Shown: piece after piece, positions 50,096 through 62,100 of the stretch
Layout: each line of letters starts with the position of its first letter
Numbering within the stretch: position 1 is the stretch's first letter
DNA from: Azolla caroliniana
Lineage: Eukaryota > Plantae > Polypodiophyta
Assembly (NCBI GenBank): GCA_043228905.1
Contig: JBHGNT010000018.1
Location: forward strand, 10,168,001-10,232,000
Direction: 5' to 3'
Length of the DNA: 64,000 nt
The notes under the pieces: generated by a model
Told to the model about the DNA's origin: nothing
Database searches by the model: none
Seen by the model: the letters and a program-made list of their open reading frames with translations, nothing else
Program-made: the position numbers and the translations under genes

Positions 50096-53000
50096 TCGAC
50101 AAGATCGATCACTGACCAGGTTAGTCACCCGACAGACAAAAGAACGCGCTACATGAAAACCGCGCCTCAGTGACCACGCCCCTTCTCTGCTGGAGTATAC
50201 GGTAGAATCCACGCTCATGAAGCAAAGTGGCACCGGGCAAGAAGCCCTATTACCACTGGATCAAGCTAGTGTTACAAAGGCGCAGAAGAAGCCTCACCCC
50301 GATAGCAGCAACGGTCCCTTTCTCAGCACAACCATCGCAACTAGCATGGCTTTCTCCTACCCCTGTTTAAATGGCGAAACCAATGCCGCGAGCCACATTT
50401 GGTCGTTCCTTAACGTTTGGAACGCTAATCACATGGCATAACGAATTCTGGAGGTGGAAGCGCATGAATCGAAGATTGCCGAGTTTGGGATAACCTTGGA
50501 CGACCACGCTGCTCGATGGCATTCCCACCTCGATATCACATCGTTCGCGACGTTTGACCAGCTTCAATCGTCATTTTTGCGATTCATCCATCGGAGTGTC
50601 CCCCAACGTGAGATTATCGGCTAGTTTTACACCATCAAACACCTTTCGAAAGAATCCGTAACTGATTTCAGTCTGCGATTTTAGAGCCTACGACGTCAAC
50701 TCACACGCGTTCCGATAGAGGACGAGGCTAAGGACACATTTTTGGCAGCGTTACGATGACCCCTCAGGACTACATTGACTATGCAAAATGTGAAGGATGA
50801 GACAACAGACATGGTTATTGAGCGGGCGTTGCAGCTCGAACTAGAAGACGAGGATGAAGGATTGTCCATGGTATCACTCCGGCAGGCGTTGCCCTAGGAC
50901 GAGGAATATCGGTTCCGCTAGGCCATTCAATGGACAATCTGCTTGAACTCAGGACACTCTGCGGTGGATTGTAATATGCAGATACATTGTCCCATTTGCC
51001 ATTCATGAGTGCATACGGTGGACCAGTGCGAATATAATATGCTGAACAAGGCCACACCAACACTTCGTCGTATGGAATCACAACGACAATACCGTCGAAA
51101 TGACCAAGGCCGTCACGAAGAACGTTATCGTAATACATAACATAATCAATGTGCGGAAAAGTCATACCATCACCATCGTAACGACGATCCTAAGTTTGAC
51201 GAAAAAGAATATGACGAAGAAGAGTATCAGAGCCATGACCGTTATAGGGGGGGGTCATCAATATGAGAATCGACGTCCTACCAACAATTGCGGCGAACAG
51301 GATGGACCCCAGCACCTGGCATGGGATCAATGTCATTACGAGGAAAGTTTTGAGGATGAACGACACCAAGAACCTCGTTAGGAATACTGCCTGAAACCCC
51401 ATCACAACAAACGATTTCAACAAACATGGGAAGAGCAATCCGCACCTGTATACACCACCACAACTCCAGTATTGGAGAAAGGCGAGTCCAGTGTACATTG
51501 CTTCGTATGCCAACAACCAGGCCAATACGCGACTCAATGTTTGTAGCGTAATAAAGGCAAGGAACCAACCGTGAACACCATCACGACGGATGTCAAGCAG
51601 GTCAGAACATGCAGTCAGGCGAAAAACATAGAATGGGCAGAACAAGATGACATACGCAAAGCAGCTCAAGCCTGGGTGGAGAAAGAAAATGAGGCTAACG
51701 CGGAGCGGATAAGGCAAGAATCAGCGAGCGCCACCATGCAGAGCGATAATAAGACATTATCGCAAGGCCCGATATGGCAAGCTTTAGCGGACTGCGAAAT
51801 CACGCTAACCATGGATAAACTATTAGTACTGGTTCCATGGTTTTGACAAGTGGTAGAGAATCGTATACGGGGCACCGCCGGACTGGAAATCTTGGCTAAT
51901 TACACAAAGTCCAATACCGGTCCAACGGTGGTAGATCACCATAAGCCAGCCATCAAAGTGGTACTTCAGGGCCAAGAAATAATGGGATGCATTGTCGATG
52001 GTGGTTCTGGCGTAAATGGCATCAATAAAACCACTTGTGCTAGGATGGGCATTACAGACTGGGAAGCATGCCCATTCTGGCTCCGAATGGCAGACACCCA
52101 TTCCATTAGACCTTTAGGTTTAATTTGGAAGCTAGGGATCGTAGTCGATGGCCATCATTTTGAGATTTCTGCGGTCGTGCTTGCGCTGGACGCCCCAGGA
52201 GCATGCCCAATTTTGTTAGGCAGACCATGGTTACGGTCTGCTAATATCAAGCAGAACTAGCAGCATAACTGCATCAGCTTCTGACGCGGGCGAAGCAAGG
52301 TCCACGTATCGACGTAGGAAACATCCGCATCGACGAAGGAAACATCCGCATCGACCAAAGCTATAATGCCACTATATGTAGAAGAAATTAATATGCTGGA
52401 GGGTCTGGAGGATATAGAGCTAGAAGTGTACCTCAACGAAATCCCGTAGGTAATACCATTATTCGAAATTGACGTCCTCGAGGTCGCTAGTGAGAACACC
52501 CCAACAAGTATGCCCCAAGAAGAGGAATACAAACATGATCTTGAGTCTATGTTGGAGCTAAGCAAAGCACGAGAAGCGTTCGAGAAGGAAATGGAAATCT
52601 CGCGAAGGGTTACTGCGCCCGCATTGGAGGAGATTAATGTCGGAACCACGGAGGTTCCATGACTGCTCTCAATCGCTAAGGACCTGATGCCAAATGAGAA
52701 AATGGCCATGATGGAGTTGCTCCGAGGATTTAAGGATGTCTTCGCATGGTCTCATGAAGACATGAAAGGGTTGGACCCGAAATTTATCAACACAAGATTA
52801 ACTTGGCCACGGATGCGAAACCGGTGCAGTAGAGACACTACCGTATGAACCCAAATTACGCAGCCCGTGTAGAGGAAGAAATTGACAAGCTCTTGAAAGC
52901 AGGGTTCATCCGACTAGTAAAACAGGCCACATGGTTGAGTCTGATAGTGGTGGTGCCAAAGAAAAATGGGAAAATATGCGTGTGTGTCGATTACTGTAAA

Positions 53001-56000
53001 TTAAACGTCGTTACAATTACGGATGCGTTTACCTTACCATTTACGGATAGCGTATTAGACGCGGTCACAGGCCATGACATGTATAGTTTTTTGGATGGCT
53101 TTAGCGGATACAATAAAGTACGAATGCACCCAGGTGATCAGGAGAAGACTTCGTTCGTCACGGACTGGGGAGTATTCGTAGCGGTGGTTATGATGTTCGG
53201 CCTGAAGACGCCCCCCGCCACATTTCAACAAACTATCACAGAAATCTTCGGTGACTTTATACCTGCGCTTATGCAAGTCTTTCTCGATGACTTTGTAGTA
53301 TATGGGACGCGAGGAGAACATTTTAGCCATTTGCGGCTATGTTTGGAACGATGCCGTACCTCGCGCCTCAGCCTTAATCTGGCTAAATGCGCATTCGGGG
53401 TTACCAGTGGAGCTCAACTCGGACACATCATGAGTAAGGAGGGGATTCCGGTAGATCCCAACAAAATTAAGGCTATCGTGGAAGCAAAAACTCCCAGTAA
53501 CGCAAAAGCTCTCAGTCGCTTCCTTGGGCAAATACGTTGGCCCAATTGTATGTTATGATACATGGCAGATTTCGCTACCCCCCCTGCACGCCACAGTACA
53601 CCATACTCCATTCAAATGGACGAGAATAGAAGATAAGGAATACAAGGCACTCAAAGTAATGTTGACCCAAGCGCCCGTCGTACAACCCCCAGATTGGTCT
53701 AAATCATTCCACGTATTTGTGGATGCCTCCAACATTGCAATCAGCAGCGCGCTAATGCAGCTCACTGAGTTGGTGTTGACCACTATACTACTCCAACCAT
53801 AAATTATCGGATGCAGGCGGAATTATTCAACAACACAGCGTGAAGCCTTGGGGATGATTTACAACGTAAACAAATTCTGACATTACTTACTAGGGCCAAA
53901 GTTCACGTTTCATGTGGACCACACGACGCTACTCTACTTTGTCGAGAAGCACACATTAACGGGGAAATTAGCTAGATGGATGCTGCTACTCCAGGAATTT
54001 GAATTCACAATCCAATATCGATTGTGTACACAACACACAGTAGCTGATTATCTAAGCAGACTAGATAACGACGACAAAGATTTTCCCGACGCCGATATTT
54101 TGCGGGTTGCGACTATAACGACACAAGACGAGAAGAGTTTTCCGGACCGGTGGCTGATGGAGATGACCTACTTCTTGACAATGGGACTGCCACCACCACA
54201 ACTACGAACATACGAAAAGAAAAGACTCGTTGTACGGAGCTGCAATTTTTGCCTAGTTGAGGGAGTCCTATATCATAAGGGGAGCGACGATATCCGTTAT
54301 TAGTCTAGGTGTACAGGATGAATAGGGTGTAATGTGTATGGTGTGGTGTGTAATATGTAATATGTATACGAGTGTGTGAGGATGAGTATGTGTGAGCACA
54401 TGCACAATTATGTGCATGTGACTAGAGTGTAACAGTCATCTTTTTGTAACGGTCATTATTTACCGTTACATTATGTACTATAAAAACCCCTTATGGGGCA
54501 CATAATGGATAGAGAATTTTCCCCTCTCATTTGGTGTCATTTTCTGTTTGTCTTTCTCTCTAGCTCTCTCACAATCGCAACCCCCCTTGGGAGGGGGGTG
54601 AAGCCATTCTAGGCTTCACCCCCCACCCCAACAACACTTTTGGCACGCCTGGTGGGACAGACCTCCCTTGAGAAGAGGTCACTCTCTCCCTCTCTCCCTC
54701 CCTCGCTCTCCCCTAACTCATTGTTTCTTCCCTTGAGAGGAATTCCCCCCCCCCCCCTCTCTATGCGTATTCCGCCTGAGCATTTCTCTATATATTTCTC
54801 TGAGTATAATCTCATCTCTGCGTATCTGCGGATCTCTCTGTGTGTGTTTTTTATTCTATCCATCTCTCTATCTCTCCGCCTGCAGCTCTCTACTGTTTGC
54901 CTTCCTGCCTACCGAGCTTCCTCCTCACCATAAATCCTCCATGGGAGTTTCCAACAGTAGAGAAGGCACCTTATCCGTATCAAATAGTGAAGATGACTCA
55001 TCCTCTAATCCCTCTATACCCACCAAGCTCTCTGAAACCTCGCCCTCCTCCACTGCTTTTTATCCCCCCTCCACTGCATAGAATGCTTCGCCATCGCCAT
55101 CACTTGTGGCAGATCTAAGCCTCATCTCTCTCACTCAACGGCTCTCGCACCCCTGATGTCGCTACAGGTGTTGCCAAGCAGACCGCCAAGCTTTATCTCC
55201 ATGTTGGTGGTAACACTCCCAAAGCATAGTGGATGGTCTCCGAAAAGCTCGTCAGATGGAAATTTGTGAGAGATCGCGAATCCACACAATGATTTTCTCT
55301 TGCTTCATTTTCAAGACATGGATTTACCTTTAGAATCTCATCTCAGAATAAATTGTATTCATTGAATTTACGATTGAACTCATTCTCTTTAGCCAAATTA
55401 TGGGAGTAAAATCATCAAATTCATCTTCCTTCTCATCTAGAGACAATCAAACTTCTTCTATAAAGAGACGATTTTCTTCGTCAACCAAGTTCATAAAACG
55501 ATTTTCTTCTATAAAGAGACTATAAGAGTGTTGGACGGATGACAAAGGCATTAAGAAATGCAGGTCTAGAATCCTCAAATCTGATTGTTGGTATTGATTT
55601 CACGAAAAGAATGAATGGACAGGTAAAGAGTCCTTCCATGGTAGAAGCCTACATTCAATGAATAACACATCAATATGTTCGAAGGTCGTAATAGCATCCC
55701 CTCCTCAAAGTAGTTGCTTGTTAAAAGCCTCAAAGATTGGCCTGGATTTTGCTGATGAAAAGGACAATACCAATTGGAATCGAGCAGATTGAACATAAAT
55801 TTGGATTTATGCCACATGGAATCCTATGGATCTAAACCAAGTGTGGATGTATGTAGTACGATTTTGAGAAGATGCAGAGAAATACAATTAAGGATGATAA
55901 GATTGCTAATAAATTGGATGTCGCTGCAATCGCCGCCATCGCCGCCACCACAATCCTCCATAAGTGAAAGGCTGGATTACGAATTGAAGAATTGAAGCAA

Positions 56001-59000
56001 GAATTGAAGAATTCAAAAAATGCAAGGGCAGATCGCAAAATTTCAAAAATTTGAGGGCAGAGAGGATAATTTCGAAAAGTCAAGGGCGAACAAGGGAATT
56101 TCAAAAAATCGAAGAAAGAGAAAAGAGAAAGGGGCAGAGAAGAGGTTTTCAGAAACATAGGGGCATTATCACAATTTTAGGAAACGGAGGGAAAAAGATA
56201 AAATTGTAAAAACTCAAGGGTATGATATGAAATTTCGAAAACTCTCAAAAAAAAAAAGAAAAAAAGAAAAAAAAAGAAAAAGAAAAGAAGAAGAAAACTT
56301 GAGGGCAAAATTTTAAGACCAAAGGGAGTAAAATATAAACACTCACCCCACATGATGTAACTGGAGAATACACACAACACGATTTCACTACCCATGTTAC
56401 AATGGACGAGCGGATTGGTGTGCGATCCAATCATGCAATTATGCTGACCGAACGAGAAGGTTTGTGTGAAGCTATCTCCGATCAAAGTTATCGATCGTCG
56501 AGCAGTAATCCGATCGAGGAATTTCTGATCGTGAGGGAAGACCGATGGAGTTCCGGTCAACAAGAGTTTTTTTGGCATGGGCTTGTGGGTCAGACGTGGA
56601 ATGCACTGTCCCACAGGCGTGCCAAGTGTTATCCTTCTAGGTGTACGGGATGAATAGGGTGTAATGTGTATGGTGTGGTGTGTAATATGTAATAGTATAT
56701 GAATGTGTGAGGATGAGTATGTAACGGTTGTCTTTTTGTAACGGTCATTATTTACCGTTACATTATGTACTATAAAAACCCCTTATGGGGCACATAATGG
56801 ATAGCGATTTTTCCCCTCTCATTTGGTGTCATTTTCTATTTGTCTTTCTCTCTAGCTCTCTCACAATCGCAATCCCCCTTGGGAGGGGGGGTGAAGCCAT
56901 TCTAGGCTTCACCCCCCACCCCAACAAAGGCAGGGTATACGGCAAGAGGAGAAGGAAGCCGTTTTACGCGAAGCTCACTGCAGAACGACAGGAGGGCATT
57001 ACGGCCCGAAAAGTATGGCAAGCAGGCCTTTGGTGGCCAACTACGCAAAAAGACATGTATCAATATTGTAAAGAGTGCGACCTCTACCAACGCATGGGCC
57101 AACCTACGGAGCTTGCACGGATGCCGCACCGGCCAGTGCTCCCGCTCGACCCCTTCCAGAAATGGGGTCTCGATTTTGTCGGTCCCTTTACTACGGCAAC
57201 GACACGATCAAGGCATAAATATATCGTAGTCACCACGGATTATTGCACGAAATGGGTAGAAGTGAAAGCCTTATGGGATAACACCGCGGTATTGACGACA
57301 AAATTCTTATACGAGCACATTTGGTGCCGTTTTGGCTACCCAATAGAACTCATAAGCGATCAAGGAAGCCATTTTTTGAATATGGTTATCCACAACCTCA
57401 CACAACATTACGTTGTAGTACATAAGAAGAATACATCGTATTATCCTCAGGAGAATGGATTGGTGGAATCAACGAACAAGACACTACAGAATATCCTAAA
57501 AAAGATTGTTAATGAGATTAGAACAGACTGGGACACTAAACTGCATAGCGCCTTGTGGGCTTACCGCACGAGCTACAAGACAAGCATACAATCAACTCCC
57601 TTTCGACTAGCGTACGGGCTAGAAGCGTAATGCCCATTGAATTTCAGGTACCTAGCTTACGTATTCAAGTCTGTGAAAGATTGTCGGAAGGTTAGTCAGA
57701 ACAGATATGTTTACGGCACTTACTGGAGTTAGGCGAAACATGAGTCCAAAGTATGGCAATCCTGGAACATGAGCAGAGACGGCGTAAAGCGTTCGTAGAC
57801 CAACACCGAGGCACTAGTGAAAAACACTTCAAAGTTGGGAAAGCCATTTTAGTTTTCTAAACCCGGATGGGCCAAATGTTGGGAAAATTACGATTCCGCT
57901 GGACAGGGCTGTATTGGATAATAGGGGCGGAAAACAGAACCTTTCAATTAGGGACCCTTGCAGGCGAAATATTGCGGCAAAAAGTGAACGGGTTCCGCCT
58001 AAAGCCGTACTTCGAACCTACACCACCGAATTAGTTTCACGCTGTAAAAGACGATGCGGCCGTTGCTTCCCACGCCAACTAGTAGCCGGGACCCATTTGT
58101 AAGAAATCTAACAGTAATATTGTACTTTACTGTAAAAAGAAAAAAAGAAAAAAAGAAAAAAGAAGAAGGGTTTAGGGTTTTATGCATGCACACTGTCCAA
58201 GGGAAAGAACACACGTCGACACAATGAGGCACATGCCCACAAACCCTAAGTCACAAAAGAGGAGAACAGATGGTTTTTTGCACATTACAGAAAACATAAT
58301 CAAGCCTTCTGCTCCCCTCGCTCTCCTAACTCTCCAGCTTTTCACAGGCATTATGGTCCAAGCAACTTGCGTGCCCTAATCCCTAATCACTCCTTGCATG
58401 ATCCCTACCACGGTACTGTGCCGATCCCCATCCCCTCAGCACTGCGATGATGGCTCATGGAAAAGGGCTTTGAAGGCTACATCCAGGTAGTAGAGGCGCC
58501 ACCGCACCCCATGCCCAAGAAATCGCCAAGGTGCGGTGGCGCTAGGCCTAAGCGTCGACGACGAGATTGCAAGAATGGTCGCGGACTGCTAAAGGATGCA
58601 GACGCACGGGTAGAAGATTGCTTGCCCACAGAGTCCACATCTACACTAGAGCTCATCCGCGAGCCATAACCAATCAGAACGACACATTCACAACGTTGAA
58701 AAGGCGTGCTTACGACAAAAAGTGAAGTGTTACACTATCCGGACATTCCGGATACAGCCCATGAGTTTGGCGCGTTGTTACAATTCGGGACGACATATGA
58801 ACTAATGGAATTCCTAGCCCACAGACGCGTACCAGCCGAGCCCACCACGGAAACGCCGTGAGTAGAGGACAAGCCCCCCCCGCAAGAAACATGCTCGGTA
58901 GAGTCACACCCATATTCCATGGAGTAGGACGAGACCCCTACCGAACAAGCAGGCACTCCGGAGATGACTACGATGATCATACCCAACGACACAGTCCCAA

Positions 59001-59156
59001 CCACGACAGTCACTACGGAGGAAGTAGTACAAAAAGAAATACTGCAGGAGCCACCCACGGAGAGACTACAGGCGGAAGCACCGGTTGAGCCACAAAGCAA
59101 CCAACCCAACCACGTTACTGCGCCACCAATCACAACAAGTAACGACGGGTGCCCAA
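50096..59156 (+). mobile_element. Non-chromovirus Ty3/Gypsy internal region (gag, PR, RT, RH, INT, 3' region), degenerate and split by the insertion at 54295-56926
   Basis: PR IVDGGSGVN (51850-52260), RT (52845-53558, FLDDF), RH (FHVFVDASN; KLARWMLLLQEF), INT (GLWWPT, KWGLDFVGP, ISDQGSHF; 56927-58030). Its LTRs were not identified in the window. Confidence 0.92.
54295..56926 (+). mobile_element. Non-coding LTR element with 339-bp and 300-bp direct repeats, a tRNA-Arg PBS and an inverted PBS copy in place of a PPT
   Basis: Direct repeats at 54295-54633 and 56627-56926. TATAAAA near 54480. PBS TGGCACGCCTGGTGGGAC at 54641-54658. GTCCCACAGGCGTGCCA at 56608-56624. The host integrase frame resumes after 56926. 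Confidence 0.88.
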
Positions 59157-62100
59157 TGTCATGATATGGCAAGACTCAAACCCATGACCTTATGTTACAT
59201 GGGTCGAGTTCTTGACCATTAGACTATATGTTGTAATACAAAAGATATTATTTTTATTTAAGTTTTACTACAGAAAATTGATGTATATTCCAGATTTCTC
59301 TGGAACATTCTAGAAACTTTAGGCGTACACATGAGAACATTATAAAAGGAGGCACAAAGCATTATTTCGAACCAAATCGGTTCAACGCCAATCTTAAGCC
59401 TCATAGCTATTATTGTACTTACTCTTCATATAATATAATATATCTTTTGTTATCATCATTCTCCTTCTCTCTCTCTCCTTCTCTCGTGAGTTCTACACCC
59501 TTTTCTCTCTTTTAGTACTAATTCGCATCTCTTAGTACTAATTCTCTCTCTGTCTTAGTACTATTCCTGACAATTTGAACCGATTTCTTCTCCCTCCTCA
59601 TCCTCTTCTCCCTCCTTTCCTTCATACTAATCCTCTTATTCTCCATAGTAAAATGGCAATTGTTAGCGCTTAGGAATACCAATCTGTTTTCTTGGAGCTC
59701 CAATGCTTAAAAGAGAAGTTTGTAGCACTAGAACAAGAAAATCACCATTTGTTGGGGGATCTTCAACAAATAGCGCTAGAAAAACAACACAGGGAGCTGA
59801 CGTTACGTGTACAATAACTTGAAGCAACTATTATATCACTACAAGAACAAGGATCAAGCACTCAAGGGATTCACAAAGAACCCAATATCGGTCTTCCTAT
59901 GAAATTTGTATATTCTCTTAACATAATATATATCTTTTGTTATAATCATTCACTCTCTCTCTCTCTCTCTCACTCTCTCTCTCTCACTCTCTCACTCTTT
60001 CCTTCTCTCGAGAGTTCTACACCTCCCTTAGTATTAATCCTAATCTTTTAGTACTAATTCCTCCTCTGTCTTAGTACTGTTCCTAACAATACTTGTCTGT
60101 CTTAGTACTGTTCCTAACAATACTTGTCTGTCTTAGTATTGTTCCTAATAGTTTGAATTGATTTTCTCTCCTTCCTTCTCTTCCTTTATCTTCTTACTTC
60201 TCCCTCCCTTCATACTAATATCTTATTCCTCTTTTCTCTCATACTATGGCCACTATTAGCACTCAAGAATATCAATCTGTTTTTTCGGAGTTGCAATGTT
60301 TGAAAGAGAAGTTTCTCGCATTGGAACAAGAAAATGAACGATTTTTTAGGGGAGCTTCAACAAATCTCCTTAGAGAAGCAACAAACGCAACAACAACATG
60401 AGGAACTAGTGTTACGCGTGCAACAACTCAAAGCAACTATAGTCGCAATGCAACAACAAGGACTTAGTACGCAAGGGGTTCATAAAGAACCCAAGATCGG
60501 CCTTCCCATGAAATTCGATGGAATGCGATCACAGTTTAGAGGATTCCTTAATCAGGTACGATTAGTCATTCAAATGCATCCTTTCCGATATCCCACCGAT
60601 GCATCACGAGTGGGTTTAGTAGGCACGTTGTTAAGTGGCTCAACTTTGGCATGGTTCGCTCCGTTGTTAGAAAAGGAATCTCCTTTACTAAACAATTTTG
60701 AAGAGTTTTTAAGTGAGTTTGAAGCCTGTTTTGGAGAAACTAACAACATAAGGACAAAAAAAACAAAATTCGACGATTATGTCAAGGTGATCGTCCAGCC
60801 TGCGCATACGCTACAGATTTTCGCCTACTCGCCTCCGATATCCCCTGGGATGACCAAGCACTTATGGAGCAGTTTCGTTATGGTCTATGTAACAATGCCA
60901 AGGATTTACTCTTGACCTTCCCCGAAGAACCAAAGTCATTGACAGAAGCAATTAGTCGCGCGGTGAGATGCGACAATCGTCTTTTCAAAGGACGTTCGGA
61001 ATGTTAGTTCCAGATGCCAAGGGCAAGATCAGAGCCCACCTACACCTCAGTGGTAGCAAAACCTTTTCCAAGGGAGTCATATAATGCGTCTCCAGTGAAT
61101 ACTCCAACTCCGATGGAAATTGACACTACACGTTGTCGTGGTCCATTATCGGAAGAAGAAAAGCAGCGACGCCGATCAAATCGACTATGTCTTTATTGCG
61201 GTGGACCAAGGCATATTGCAGTGAACTGTCCCTATAGGCCAAGAAGATAGGTGAACCAAATAGTTGCTAGTTCTAACTGTACTAAACCCGAGTCTATTTT
61301 AGTAGGAATATCTGATAGTCCTAATAGTAATAATTGCCCAAATCTATCGAACAAATTTGATGTCCTTAGTCAGTTAGAAGAAGGGTTAAACGAGTAAGTC
61401 CAGCCAAAATAGGAGCCGTTTGGTTGGACAACCCTATATCTGTGCAACCCATTAGTGGTTCCATTCCCTCGAAGCAAGTTAGCAATGTGTTCTTAGCCCA
61501 AGTAACAGTTAGTACTAAAAGTACCTCTCCAGTACATGTCTCAACACTCCTAGATTCCAGAGCTAATTCTTGCTTCATGGATAGGAATTTTGCCCAAGCT
61601 CATTAGATATCCCTAAGAAAATTCCCGTGTCCAGCCTCTGTAGTAGTCATTGATGGTCGTTCCATTGCTTCCAAAAATATCATAGTAGAGTTAGAGCCCG
61701 TTAATATTATCCTAGATAATTTAGCGTGTGTAGTATCCTTGAATATAATTAGTATCCCAGAACATGCCATTGTTTTGGGATTACCATGATTTGAATTACA
61801 TAACCCAGATATAGATTGGAGAACAAGGGAAATCCGGCATCGACAAACCCGAGGATCTACTCATAAGATTGCAACTATTTCGCTACACCAGTTGCGTGAG
61901 GAAGGACGCAAGGAAGAAATGTTTCTCTTCGTAGTATCAATAAAACCCTCCAACACCACTAAAGAGGAGTCCACCGTTCAACTTCCAAAGAAGTATCGTC
62001 ATTATGCCGATGTGTTCGATAAAGTACAAGGCAATACGCTTCCTCACCATCGATTGTATGATTGCCCCATCGATTTACAACCGGGAAAAGAGTCACCATG

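Noticed and set aside
54609-56653. ORFs inside the dual-PBS element as its own coding capacity
   Set aside because: They are short, low-complexity and lack gag, pol or recombinase motifs. A decayed antisense ORF at about 55300-56000 cannot be excluded but is unsupported.
61409-61437. H-type pseudoknot (loop ATAGG pairing with CCTAT) at the frameshift site
   Set aside because: Only 3 nt would have to span an 11-bp stem, which is sterically doubtful. A simple stem-loop is the supported structure.
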